This document shows positions 11,161 to 24,724 of a stretch of 64,000 nt of DNA, one piece after another. The stretch's first letter is position 1; each line of letters begins with the position of its first letter. Origin of the DNA: Narcine bancroftii (taxonomy: Eukaryota); assembly GCF_036971445.1 (NCBI RefSeq), contig NC_091470.1, forward strand, positions 184,822,001 to 184,886,000, written 5' to 3'. Made by a program: the position numbers and the translations under genes. The notes under the pieces are model-generated. The model did no database searches, was not told the DNA's origin, and saw only the letters and a program-made list of their open reading frames with translations.

Positions 11161-13889
11161 GCTGTGTGGCGGCTCACCACAAAGCAGGCGAACCAGCCCC
11201 ACTTGTAAGCCACATGGCGGGGCAGCTAGCCAAAATGGCACTGTCGAGGGTTTCCCTTCCTTCCAGCTTGGGGCTCAGAAACCAGCACTTGGGGACCACA
11301 CGATTCACGGATGATGTCAGCGCCCTCCAACACGGTTCTCAGGCAGGTCCGGGCTGGGAATATAAGTATAAACTAGTCTGCTCACTGAGCTCAACCCGTC
11401 TGGTTGCGTGTGTTATTGCACGAGCAGTGTAGCCGCCGCTACAACCTCTCGTATTTATCTCCCCCAATCCATGTGGAAGAAGCCTATTCGCATCCACTCT
11501 GTCTACACCTCTCATAACCTCGTAAGCCTCGATCAAATATTCCCTCATTCTTCTACGGTCCAGGGAATGAAGTCCTACATCTTATCTGCACTCTTTCTAT
11601 CTTATCAACCACGGAGATCTTTTTATAAAACATAATAAAATTCTGCTGAAACACTGCACAAAAATGTTATAGACAGTCATTTTGGTGTCACCACCCCCCT
11701 CCCCCCAATGATGGTGACCCCGGTGCGGTCCGCACTCCCCTAGTGATGTCAGTAGTGCCACTCACCTCTCAGATTAAGATTCTGTTGACACCAGTGATTA
11801 AGTGAAAAAACATACTAACGCTGGAGAAACTCAGCAGGTCAAACAGTGCCTTTATGTAGCAGAGATACATCACCGACGTTTCGGGCCTAAGCCCTTCATC
11901 GAGGTGTGGGGGGGGGCAACCACGAGAGATATCCGAACTAAAGGGGGGAGGGGGGTGGTGAGGGTGGGAGATGATAGGTGGAAGGGAGATTGCAGGAAGG
12001 GGGGAGAGGAGTCTAGGCTGGGTGGAGTAGGAACTGGAATGACTAGTTAAAAGTGGGGTCGGGGGGAGGCGAGCTGATTAGTGGAATGGAATGAACTCAA
12101 TGTTCATGCCCTGGGGTTGGAGGGGGCCCAGACAAATAATGAGGTGTTGTTCCTCCAATCTCTCCATAAAAGCAACGCTGGAACGGCCTTGTAGGCCTTC
12201 TCCTCTTCCATCATCAGGGTCCTGGGTCCCAAACCCTCCTTCCTCGCCCCGGTGCAAGGTCCCAAACAGATCTTTCAGGTGTAGCAACACTTCACCTGCA
12301 CCTCCAAAGAAATCACTAACTGCATCCGGTGCACCTTCTGTGGCCTTCTCTACGTCGGGGAGACCGGTGGCAGATTAGGAGATCGCCTCACCCCAGCTCC
12401 TCCCTTCCATCCGCCACAAAACCATTTTGATTCTGAGTCACCCTCTCGAGTTCTGTCCATGGCCTTCCGCACTACCCCCCCCCCCTTTGGTTCAGACACC
12501 TCTCATGTTTCCCCCCACACCTTGATGATGGGCTCAGGCCCGAAACGTCGGTGATGTATCTCTGCAACATAGAGGACACTGTTTGACCTGCTGAGTTTCT
12601 CCAGCATTCGTGTGTGTTTCAAATCAGAGGTGCTTCCGTGGGGCGCTTGCATGGGGCCCAACGATGCCCGCTTTTTTTTTGGTGGGGGACGTGCAGCAAT
12701 CCTTGTTCTGAACCCATTTAATTAATGGCTACAGTAGGTCTGCTTCCTGCGCCCGGGTCAAATCTGTCAATTCTAACTCCCCCAGCTTGAGGTTTCCTGT
12801 GTGACTCCGATTTGAGTCAACCTGTGTGTGCAAAACCTCCTGAAGGAAATGCATACGCGCCTGAGACGATGCAAGGGACAGAAGGTGAAGCCAGTGGAAG
12901 TGACAAGATCAGCCCTGCCCGCACAGGGAGCAGAGGAGCAGATGTGGAAACAGGCCTTACTCACCAGCAACTGTGGGAAGAGTTACATCATGATATCTGG
13001 TGCCGGCTTGAGGCTGTGAAATGTTTCTGACCACCAGATCCATGAGATGGAGCATTGTCCAAGGGACAGTGAAGTCTACAGCATAGGCCCTTCGGCCCTC
13101 GATGTTATATGGACCCATTTATTCCACACCCCCTCCCCCACCCAAATAAGCTCCTGCGTTCAGGGCAAAAGGGTAAAAGGTTTAGGGGGAAGATCTTCGC
13201 CCAGAGAATGTGGGAACAAGCTGCCAGCTGAATGCGGGCTCAGTTTTAAAATTTGAAAAGAATCTGGGCAGGTCCGTGGATGGGAGGGGTATGGACCGGG
13301 TGCAGGCCAGTGGGACTTGACAGAAAAATAGATTGGCACCATCTAGAAGGGCCTCTTTCTGGGCTATAATGTTCTGTGGTTCCAATCGTTTGGACATATG
13401 ACTCTATCATCCCAAGCATTCTCCCTTTTTTAAGCAAGGGAGCCACATTTGCTATTCTCCAATCCTCCGGCCCCTCCCCTGGGAGATCATCGTCAATGAC
13501 CGAGCTACCCATTTCCTCCCTTCCCACAGCAACCTGGGGTAAATCGCATCCGGCCCCAGGATATTACCCTTCTTCTGTCCAGCTTGTTCTATTCTGACCT
13601 CACCCTGACCAAGGTCCTTTTCTCTGGTGAATACTGAAGCAAAATATTAATTTAGGACTGTCCCTGCCTCCTCTGCCACCAGGCACACATTGCCTCCTTT
13701 ATCCTTAAGCGGTCCCACCTTCACTCCCTCAACCTTCTGTTCTACACATATGCATAGAACGCCTTGGGGTTCTCCTTGATCCTACATGACAGGCCCCCTT
13801 CGAGTTCTTACGTTCCTTCCTGGCTATCATATAATTTTCATGAGCCCTTCTTGTTTCCTCTTTTCTAAATCTAACATAGGCTTCCTGTT

Positions 13890-14420
13890 CATCAGTAGGT
13901 TTGCGGATGATACGTAGGTTGGAGGAGTTGTGGATAATGTTGAAGATCGTAGGTTACAAGACAGGCAGAAAAGTGGCAGATGGCGTTCAATCCAGATAAG
14001 TGTGAGATGATGCATTTTGGAAGGTCAGTTACTTAACAGTGCGGAGGAACAGAGGGACCTTGGGGTCCAAATCCATACATCACTCAAGGTCGCCACACAG
14101 GTTGACAGGATAGACTGTGGGATGTTGGGCTTTATTAGTTGAGGGATTGAGTTCAGTATCTCTGGTGAGACCGCAGTTAGAGAATTGTGTTCAGTTCTGG
14201 TCACCTCATTGCAGGAAAGATGTGGAAGCTATGGAGAGGGTGCAGAGGAGATTCACCAGGATGTTGCCTGGATTGGGAGACAAGTCTTAGTTATGAGGCA
14301 AGGTTAGCAGAGCTGAGACTTTTCTCTTTGGAGAGTAGAAGGATGAGAGGAGACTTGATAGAGGTCTACAAGATTCTGAGAGGCATAAATAGGGTGGATG
14401 GCCAGCACCTCTTTCCCAGG
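13890..14420 (+). mobile_element. Decayed CR1 fragment
   Basis: From FADD through LFSLESRRMRGDLIEVYKI. Confidence 0.75.
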
Positions 14421-16139
14421 CCTCCAGCGCTCCCTTAGCCGCCCAGACTTCCGTCCAAACCATTGGCCGCCTGAGCTCCAGACATGCACATTTGACAATG
14501 ATCAGGAAGCCCTTGGCACCCTCTCGCATCCCAATTACAGTGCCTGGTACTCCCTTCGGCCAGACTCCAGCAGCCCCCGCAGCCTGATGTGAATCCCTTT
14601 GACCAGCAGCCCCCGGAGCCTGCGCGTTCCTCAGCCTTAGTCCACCCCATCCCCTCCTCATTGGCCCACCGCCGCAGTCACCATCCCATAGGGGGCCCCT
14701 CCTCTGTTTCTCCTTCTCAAACTGGGGAGGGGTGGGGGAGAAGTGTTCTGCCCGTCTTCTTGTGCCCTGCACCACTCGTCCGCTTCTGGAATAGTCGCTG
14801 CTGATCACAGGTGCCGCCATCTTGGGCCCAGATCCTGCGGTTGCAGAACTTTAGGATAAGCCACCGTCAGTTCCTTTAATGGGCCTGTACAGAGCCGACA
14901 GCAGTAGCACTGGGTGGTAGGACCCTACAGGGGGAGAGGTGTGTCTCTGCTCCCCTCTCTCGGCGGGTCCACACCAGCTGCAGAGCTGCCGTTACAACAG
15001 CTCTGGCAGCCCCGCCATGTATTTTTGTCCCAGTAACGCTCTTCATTGCTTTGGGACAATAGTTCAGGTTTCAGATTTATTGTCAGAGTACGTACATGAC
15101 ATCACATACATCCCTGAGATCCCTTTTCCCAAGGGCGAGGCAGAATTGCCACTAACTGGTAATGCAAAAAATTAACTGTACACAACGTAAGCATGTAAAC
15201 AAAGAAATGCAAATTGATAACAAATTTAAACAAACTAACTTTTCAATACAGGGAGAACTAAAAAGAAAATCAATAAAGTGCACAAATAAGAGTCTCCAAT
15301 TGAGTTTGTCGTTGAGGAGTCTGATGGTGGAGGGGTAGCAGCAGTTCCTGAACCTGGTGGGAGCGAGTCTTGTGGCCCCTTACAGCTCTTTCCTGATGGC
15401 AGCAGCGAGAAACGAGTGTGGACTGGGTGGTGTGGCTCCTCGATGATTGCTGCTGCTCTCCAATGTTCCTCATGGGTGTTCTCGATGGTGGGGGGTGGAG
15501 GGTTTTGCCTGCGATGTCCTGGGCTGTGCCCGCTACCTTTTACAGGGCTTTACGCTCAGGGTGGGGGTATTGGCGGTCCCCCATAACAGACCACAATGCA
15601 GCCAGTCAGCGCACCTTCCACCGCACCTCTGTGGAAACTTGCCAGGGTTTCCGGAATCGTACCAAACCTCCGCCAACTCCTGTGAATCGACCGTTTGATC
15701 CAATGCTAATTTTATTAGAGGGGGATGTTAAGTCATTTGCTTCATGACTGAGACTGACTTTGTATGAAATTGAATTTTTACGTTTGGCTCTGGCCGTTTC
15801 TAAAAAAATGTTTGGCTATGATTTGGAAATTTGCTTTAGTGTTGGGAAAGATGGCGTGCTGAAATGAAATCCTGCATCCCTTTCGAAAAGATAGCGTATA
15901 ATTTAAGAGATAAATTTCATTTTTCTTGTAAAAGTATGGAGCCCATATTTAAAAGTTCAGTTTGAAGATTTTACCTCTCGGTCGGCATCTCGATCTCCGC
16001 AGCTAAGAAATTGATTAATATTGTCTTTAAGTGATTTTAACTGATGATCTCCTTTCTTCTTTTATGTAGGTGGGAAGGGGGAAGGAGGACAGGTGTTAGT
16101 GGGGTGGATGTGGGAGGGTTTTACTTAATTATATAATAT

Positions 16140-16449
16140 TGTGATAGAATATGGATGTGATTTTGGGAGATAAATTGGGGAAGGTTTGTTAGAGTAGGTC
16201 ACATACAAACACTTCAAAACAGATCTTATTTAAAATACTGGAGCTCTGCTCATGCAAGACATGTTGGGGCCTCAGAGCCTTTGCAAAAGCTTTGGAGAGT
16301 GCCCAAGAGACTTCACTAATGGACTGTTGTTTACAAAAAGGCAACAGATGAAAGAACGTGTCGGAGCCGCATTCTGTCTGGAGAGGGACTTGCTTTTCTA
16401 AGAGGATCATGTGGTTTTGCAAGCAGAGAGAGTCAAAGAGGCTTTCTCT

Positions 16450-16503
<54 letters not shown>

Positions 16504-17158
16504 ATTCTACTGTGTTACAGCCAGCAACAGCAGCTGGGACTGGAACAGGACAAGCTGGCAAGCCCGTTTGGAAGACGGCCTGGTCAAAGCCCTTGTGGTT
16601 TATGCAAGAGGAGAGGACTGGCTGTCTAATGTTTCACTTGGAATATGAGAAACAGAAACGAACTCTGTGGTGACCTGAAAGAAAGAGGTTATCATCTGGA
16701 GAACCCTGAAGGGGGAAAGTTTCATCAGCAAGACACTGAAGTGGCTGATCGGAAGGAATCAGTTGTGGATGTCCATCGAACAACAAATCTCTCTCTGAAA
16801 ACCGACAAGAACCTTCCGGAGTAGTAACCATTTACCTTCCAAGCACCAAAGCCTGGTGAACTTTATACATGTTAAATTCTGTGCACAGTATAAGAATTGC
16901 CTGCAACCAGTGAACTTGGAGGAATGAGAAGTGAGATTGGACTGTGAACCAAAGAACTTTTCTGATCTTACACACACATTACATACATGTGCACTTAGAA
17001 TTAGAAGGGGGTTAATTTAGGTTAGTTAAACCAGTAGAGATAAGTTAAAGTTTGATTCTGCTTTTAAAAATAATTAAAAACAACTTTTGTTTACGTAATC
17101 ATTTGTTTTGGTGAATATCTATTGCTGCAGGGTTTTGGGGTTCTCTGGGCTCATAACA
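16140..17158 (+). mobile_element. ~1-kb solo LTR (family B) with internal (GA)n at about 16452-16500
   Basis: TG...CA ends, collinear with 61143-62178. No clean TSD. Confidence 0.75.
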
Positions 17159-17388
17159 TTTTTTGTATGCATTGTATGTATGTAATGTATAATTAATGTT
17201 ATATGATTTAAAATGTATAAATAAAATATTTTTAAAAGATTCCAGATTACTTTGCTGTCATGTAATAGCGCATAACAAGTAAAATTACATGAAATTGCCT
17301 TTTGCCTGTCAAAAAGTCGCTATGAATGTTGCCCAGAGGCCCTGACAGTGCAAGAGAAAGTCCCTTCAGAGACAGTGAATGTCCGTGG

Positions 17389-17392
<4 letters not shown>

Positions 17393-17471
<79 letters not shown>

Positions 17472-17495
17472 AGAGAATGTGTGAGTGTGTGTGTG
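17393..17495. repeat. (GT)n microsatellite
   Basis: Read directly from the sequence. Confidence 0.98.
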
Positions 17496-19554
17496 TTGTT
17501 CCTCCAGTTTACAGGACCAGTTCTCTTTGCTCCTCTTATTGTAAATTGGAGGAACAGCTGCTAATTTTCCATCCAGGCCACCTCCCACCAGATGGCCTTA
17601 ACATCAACATCTCCGGCTCCTGCCGGCCCACACCCCATTCTCCTTCCCCCTCCCTCTGCCTCCTTTCCTCCTCCTCTCCACCCCCTTCCCTCTCCACTCA
17701 CAGAGCCACCCCCTCCTCCCCCTGTTCACTGCTGTGCCCTCCCTCCCTTATCCACCCATGACCTCCTGCTCCCGCCTCCCTGCCCCCCAACATTTTGCTC
17801 GTACCTTGAAGAAGGGCTCAAGGCCGAGACGTTGGTGAGGCGTTTATACCTTTGTGGTTGAAACTACATTGTCTGAGTTTCTCCAGTGTTTGTGTTTTTA
17901 CTTCAAACACAGTGTCTGCAAACTTCGATGTTTTACTTGAGAATTCCCCCCCCCCTGTAATGGAGGATTAAAACCATGTACCCAGATGCTTTTTGCTTAT
18001 GTGGAACTGACGACACTGGGTCCACACGCAGGTCACCTTACTTTCAGAACTAGCAGATGTAATTAAACTCAGCCATGGGGACTTATCTGAAGATACACTT
18101 TGAAATGGAATTCCACTGTGAGGCCCAGGGAAAGCAGTTGTCAAATGCAACACTCTGAAATTGACGAATTGGTCACAACCTGTCTTGCTCGAGAAGTTTT
18201 AATAAGTCTTTGTATCTACGAGATAAACCAGGAAATTATAACATCCTGGTTCCATAATAATTAATCTTCTAAATTGTAGAATGTAATGTTCAGTTTTGAT
18301 TTTGACTGACAAATATTAGAAGGAGTAGGCGCATGATTAATTGTTTTTGGGGTATATAAGCCTGTGGTCCTGCTGCTGAAGTTTAGATTCTCCGAGGGGT
18401 GGGAACACCCCTTGTCAAGAAGGAAGAACAGCCAGAGTCCAAGCAACGTCCCGGTCGGGGGAGGTGGAGAAGCTGCTACCAGCGCCCTGACAACCTACTA
18501 CAAGTGTGCAGTCGTTGCCTCGCTTCGGCAGTTGGGACCAGTCCAAGCATTGATAAGTATAGTTGGGAAGGGCTTGGATATTGTAGTGTGAAATCAGCTT
18601 TTGAATTAGTAATAAACATTTGTATAAACTGAACTGCTCTCGGTGTGTGTGTCTATTTTCTTTCGGTAACTCAAACACTGTGACCAATCTAAAATGAACA
18701 AAATGAGAGGTATAAGTTTACCCAAGACACCCCCCACCCCCCATGTTCAAAATCAGGTCCTTCCCTGCCGAGGCTGGAATGGATTGGCCGTTTGGAATTA
18801 TCAGGTCATTTTACACGTCCTTGATCATTTGGCTACACTGAGGACATGGGAGCGGGAGATTTCTCATCATGAGATCCTGTCATCGACTCCTTCAGTTATA
18901 AATCCCAGATTTATTTCAGGAGCTGAGTTGAAAATTGCCGCTGAATGATTTCTCACCTCCTCATCTGGGTAAGTGGTAAGTGTTAAACTTTCTGATGGTT
19001 GACATAAGGCTGGTGGGAGGTGGCAAATATCATAAAAAACGAAATTGTTTGGCCTTTCGTTGCTTACTGGGTATTTTTAAATTTTATTTACGGGATGGTA
19101 GAAGCTGATTCCAAGATGGAAAGGTGGGGGGAAACCGGAGCCCCCGGAGGGCGCCCACATGGCCACAGTGAGAACATACAAGCTCCTTAAATCCAACAGC
19201 GAATTCAAACCCGGGTCAATTGTTGCACTCGCCGGCACAATTGACGCAGCGGTTAAGCGGTTACGGATCAGTGGCCGGGACCGGGGTTTGAATATCGCGC
19301 TGTCTGGAAGGAGTCTACCCATTCTTCCCGTGTCCCTGCAGGTTTCCTCCGTGAGGGGGTGGCTACGGTTTCCCTCCCACCGTTCGAAACGTACCAGGGG
19401 TGTAGGTGTAAATTGGGTCAGACTCATGGTCCAGAATGGCCTGTCACCAGGCTGTGCGTCTACATTCTTTTTTAATTTTAAAAAAGTTTAAACTGACACT
19501 TTGAACTGAGCCCCCATTTCAAGGTATGAGCAGAAAGCAACTAGGCGCCCTGAA

Positions 19555-19790
19555 TTGGCGGGCGTAGCGGGTGAGCGCAATGCCATTACAGCACCAACGA
19601 CTGGGACCGGGGTCCGAATCCCATGCTGTCTGTAAGGAGTTTGTACGTTCTCCCTGTGTCTGCGTGGGTTTCCTCCAGGGGGCCCTCCAGTTTCCTCCCA
19701 CCATTCAAAACGTACCGATGGAGGGGGGGGGTGTAAGTTAATGGGGTGTAAATTGAGCTGTGTGGAAATGGCCCGTTATCATCTAGATTT
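19555..19790 (+). mobile_element. tRNA-derived V-SINE (representative; many copies, e.g. 5005-5160, 19100-19480, 25260-25440, 50250-50450, 59960-60350, 60930-61130)
   Basis: tRNA-like head followed by the core GGAGTTTGTACGTTCTCCC..GGGTTTCC...CTCCAGTTTCCTCCCAC. Confidence 0.75.
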
Positions 19791-22700
19791 TTAAAAATAA
19801 ATTAGATGTGAACCCTCCAGTTAGCAGGATTAAAGCAAATCCCAGCATTTTTTAAACTTTACCTGGGGTGTCAGCGTAAAGGGTTCGAACCCAGCCCTGT
19901 CTGTGAGGAATTTGTACAATCTCCCCATGACCTGCTTGAGTTTCCTCCGGGCATCTGGTTTCCTCCCACCCTCCATAACATGACGTGTTGGGGGGGTTGA
20001 AGGGTGTAATTGGGCGTTTTAATAACCACGCTGCTCTTAATTCCAGGACAATTCCTTGCGTAAATTCTCTCCAAAGCTTTATACTAGAGACCACGGTGCA
20101 CTAATTTGTCAGTTGTGAGAGACGGCTTTCTGACCCACAAGAGTAATTTATGAAGAGATGCTCAAGTCACAGAATTATTAATGATTTATTTGAAGATTGT
20201 GACACCTCGAGGGGGGATCTCGGAGGCCAACAGTTCATTAAGCAAACGGGCCTGCCTTTCATTAACGGGATTGAAGAGAGTTTGATCGCAACGGAGCAAA
20301 TGTTTAAATGGCTGCGGCCAGCAAACTCTTCCCGAGATAAGTGCCAATCCAATTAAGTCGGCTGAGATCGCTGAGATTTCTGGGTGATTGGCGTCTCTGT
20401 CCGAGGAATCCTTAGGTGAAAGAGAAATAACAGTTTAAAGAAGGCGCTGCCCGAGGATCGGACACCACTGTTCAGGAGAAACCCAGCAGGTCGCACAGCG
20501 GCCACGGAAGTAAAAGGGGGAGCAGCGTTTTCGGGGCCTGGGCTCTTTTCCAACAACGAGGAGACACCTGAATGAAAAGTTTGGGGGGGGAAGGAGAGGA
20601 TGGAGGAAGGGGTAGATCTTATCCCTCTCCCCCCACCCCACCCACCCCATCGTTTCTCTCTCTCCTCCCCTCCCATCTGTACCCAACTCTTACCTCTCGA
20701 AGGTCAGGAACGAAGCCTTAAGAACCATGGATCCGCAGAACATGACAGCACTGAAAACAGGCCCTTTGGCCCTTCTAATTTGTGCCGATCTATTATTCCA
20801 CCTTGTTTCACTGACCATACCCATCCATGGACCTGACTAAATGATTCTTAAGTGTTAAAATCGAGCTTGAAGCTGAAAGCCCATTCCACACTCCCACCGC
20901 TCTCTGTGTGAAGAAGTTTCCCACAATGTTCCCCCTAAACTTTTCCTCTTTCCCCCTTAACCCATATTCTTTGGTTTGCTACTTCCTCAGGAGTTTGCGG
21001 AGAAGCTAGTGGAGTTGTTCAAGTGAACCGGTACGGACTTGAAGGGCCGACATGGCCTGTTTCCATGCTGTAAACGGTTATATGGTATATGGTTATATGG
21101 TATCTCACCGACCCTCGGTGGAAAAAGCCAACCTACATTTATTCTGACTATCCCCCTCTATTAAATCTATTCTCATTTAGACTTACAGCACAGAAACAGA
21201 CCATTTCGGCCCACGTGCCACCCAATTAGCCTACACCCCAGGTACGTTTCAAACGGTGGGAGGGAACTGGATCCCCCGGAGAAAACCCACAGGCACGGAG
21301 AGAGAATGTACACACTCTTACAGACAGCGCGGGATTCGAACTCCGGTCCCATTCACTGGGATTGTAATGGTGTTGCATTAACCACTACGCCAACCTTCTT
21401 CTATAAAGTCCTAACCAGTTTGAGCTTTCCCTGTAACTCATTCACTGTGTACGTCCTTTCTTGGTTTGTCCTTCCAAAATGCAACACCTCACACTTGTCT
21501 GCATTAAACTTTACCTGCCATTTCTTGGTCAATTTTTCCCAGCTGGTCTAGATCTCCCCCTGCAAGCTCTGAAAACCTTCCTTGATGCACACAATCTCTG
21601 AAAACTTACTGATCCAATTAACCTCGTTATCATGCGGATCATCGATGTGGACAGACCATCTTTAGTGCCTTTCATAATTTCAGGGGATTTCAAAACGGGT
21701 GAACCATTTCGGAGGCCTATCAGTTGTCAGATGGGAAACACAGATCCCAGTCTGGGGACAGTCAGGTGCCCACAAATGAATTTAGGTATGCTCTTTTTTT
21801 TAAGAGCATAATAAGATCTTTCAAAGCCTCTGTTTAACCTCCCATCCCAGACATCTCAATCTAAGAGTGTTTGACTTTTTTTGACCTCAGGATTCAACTG
21901 TCGGGAGCATGTTGAAGTTTCTGGAGTGGGTCTTGATCTCAACACTACCCGACTTATTGCTTCCAAATGACCGCAATTAAGTTTTTACCCCTCTTTCATG
22001 GTTACCCCTCTTTCATGGCGGTTAGCACAGCACCGTCATGGCGCCTTGTGCCTGTTGGTCTGGATTCCTCCTCCTTCTGTTCATGCCTTCACACCAGCAT
22101 CTTTGATGTTTGCCTGCTCTTTGCTCACCCCTTTGAGAAGGGCTCAGGCACGGAAAGGGTCGGTAACACGTCTTTACCTCCCAAGGATGTCGTGATACAG
22201 GGCTCAGAGACAGGAGTCCATCCCACTTCCTTGCCTGCCCATGGTCTCACACACTGCCAGGCTAAGACCACCCATAAATTGGAGGAAGAGCACCTCACCT
22301 TCCGACTGGGTACTCTCCAACAAGACGGCATTAACGGCGACTTCTCCGGCTTTGGTTAAAATCCCCTTCTTCCCCCGTCGTCTCTCCCTTCCCTGCCTCC
22401 TTCTGCACAGATCTTATAAATTCCACCTCGCTCCTGATCACATCCAATTTAACACCTGCTGTTGGTCAGGATTCTTTCCCCATTGTTTGAATTCTGAGAC
22501 GTTCTGATCTTTCCTGTTTCTGCCTTTTGATTTTTCCTTGGAGAATGTGAGCCATTTTCAGGCATTCTCAGGCCCGAAACATCAAGACTATATCTTTGCC
22601 TCCTATGGATGCTGAATAGACCGGCTCCAGCCTTTTATTGTTTTTAACTACAATCACAGCGTCTGCAGCCAGTCGTGTTTCTCCCACCTCCAACCACAAA

Positions 22701-23537
22701 CAGTTCTCGGTGGAATGTTTGACTGAAGCTAAAGGTGAAGGTTCCATTATTGTCTCGTAAAATACTACATTTAGAATTTACAGGAAATTCTTTAAACTTA
22801 TGTTCACCGCAAGGCGGGTAGAGAGTCGCCACTTCGTCCAGCACCCCCTCACAGAACCTGGGGTCACTGGGCGGCCTCCCCTCCAAGTACTGACCAGTCC
22901 CAGGCCTGCTTCGCCTCTGAGATTGGGCCGCCTAGGAACACCGGGTGCCGCAGAGCCTCCTGTAACATGTACCGTGCGTTACCCATGGAAACCAGGCCCA
23001 CCAACTTGCTGGTTGCCGAGAAACCGGCCTTTCATTTTCGTCAAGTTCATGCATGTCTTCTCAAATACACACTACCTAAACACAGTAAAACCCCTGGCAT
23101 CCTGAACTCAGGCAACCAGCAGCCTCAAGCAACCAGCAGAAAAAAAAATCGAAGAAAATTAATTGAAAAAAATTAAAATAAATTAATAGGTAAAAAAGAA
23201 CACTATGTTTAAAATTGTTAAAATAATCTTCTTTGAAGTAACTCATAAACCTTTGGTGAAGTTTGGAGCAAATATTCAAATGCCTTGGTCGGGCTTTGCT
23301 CGTAGCAGCTGTTTGGATAAAGTCCTGTGAATCAGCATCGGCGTCGCCCAGGATGAAGCGCCGGTCGATGCAGCTCACCGTTGGGGTGACGTTCTTAAAG
23401 TGTCTCCTTATCCTGCTGAATAAGAGTCACCCCCGGTCAGAAGCTTCATCTGTAAACTTGGTGGGGGTGGGGGGTTAATTATCGATAATGTTATTGTTCA
23501 TCTTTGGAGGGGGAGAAACCTGCAGATGCAGCAACGG

Positions 23538-23559
23538 TTAAACGTTTTCAAGAACGTGA
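23538..23559 (-). CDS. Candidate short secretory tail exon of the Ig-like gene (S-HVLENV*)
   Basis: Acceptor cctttattttcag|T fits the phase-2 donor of C3 and lies in apparently unique sequence. An alternative acceptor at 23519 gives R-FLPLQR*. No transcript evidence. Confidence 0.4.
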
Positions 23560-24405
23560 CTGAAAATAAAGGTTTATATATTCACGCAAGTGAAGTTTGT
23601 TCACTGTAAATACAGTGTAGTATTTATGTCTTTTAAACTCTTAATACAGATTAGTTAGCCATTGTAAAATTCTCAAGCAACCGGAAAATACATTTATCCG
23701 GCATCTACCAATCCCTATAGGACTGGACTAGAAACAATTTGCAGTTTCCAATAAGGACCGAGGCCATGGGGGAGACATACAAACTCTGACCTGAGGGCTG
23801 GGTCGAACCCGGGTCTCTGGGGTCTTGGGACAGGGTCTAAATGGCGGCCGGGCCCACTCTCACATAACCGGTCTGATGGAAGGCCGGCTCTCTTCTGCTG
23901 CCTGCTGGACAACAGCTGGGCACAATTTCAAAAGGCCATTGGAGCTGGAATGGGTCATTCAGCCCATCAAATCTGCCCTGCCACTTAATCAGGAGCCGTT
24001 CAATCCTCCCACTGCTTGGGCCTTCTCCCCAGAACTTTTGGTGTCCTGGCTAATCAAGAATCTATCAATTTCTGTCAGATACACCCAATGGCCCAGCCTC
24101 CACAACTGCCTGTAGCAACAAATCCCACAGATTCACCACTCTGGCTGAAGAAATTCCTCCGCTTCTCTGTTCTAAGCGGGTTCCCTTCAGTCCTGAAGTT
24201 GTGCTCTCTTGACCTGTGCTCTCCCATCAGGGGAAACAATCTTTCTATGTTTAGTCTGGTCCACACCTTTCAACATTTGAAATCTCTCCCTCATTCTCCT
24301 AAATTCCAACCAATACAGACCAAGGTCTGTCAAACGCTCCTCATGTAACTCTTTCATTCCAAGAATCTTCCTTGCGAACCTAAACGAAAGGAGGCAGTTG
24401 CTTAC

Positions 24406-24724
24406 CTGATCTGGAACCACTTCTCTATGGGATAGGAGAGGGACTCGTGTCCCACCACGCACACGTACGTGAGCGAGGAATTCACGTCCGCCAGAAGGAT
24501 GGTCATTTGACTGGCCGTGCTGTAGGTCCCGCTCGCATCTGGGACCACCGGGAAATTGCTGACCCAGTCCAGCTCCGTCAAATCCCTCTCCGTCCTCCAG
24601 GTCACGTAGATGTCAGCCGGGTAGAAGCCTGAGACGTAGCAGGCCAACGTCACCTTCTGATCCCGGACCTCGTCGTCCGTCTGGAGTCTGATAGGGGTGA
24701 TCGTTGGCTGACGGAAGTTCAGTT
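24406..24724 (-). CDS. Ig C1-set constant domain exon 3
   Basis: ttttgttttccgcttcgggcag|AA, phase 1. Translation ELNFRQPTI..KVTLACYVSGFYPADIYVTW..GTYSTASQM..TYVCVVGHESL. It ends ATC AG|gtaagc, a phase-2 donor that reads Arg-TAA (24402-24404) if unspliced. Confidence 0.9.

Larger units (their letters stand above)
7059..11443 (+). mobile_element. Full-length decayed Ty3/Gypsy LTR retrotransposon
   Basis: TG...CA LTRs at 7059-7355 and 11165-11443. 4-bp TSD ACCT at 7055-58 and 11444-47. PBS TGGTGACCCCGAC at 7358-70. G-rich PPT before 11165. Domain order is gag, PR (FLVDTG), RT, RNase H, IN. Confidence 0.96.
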
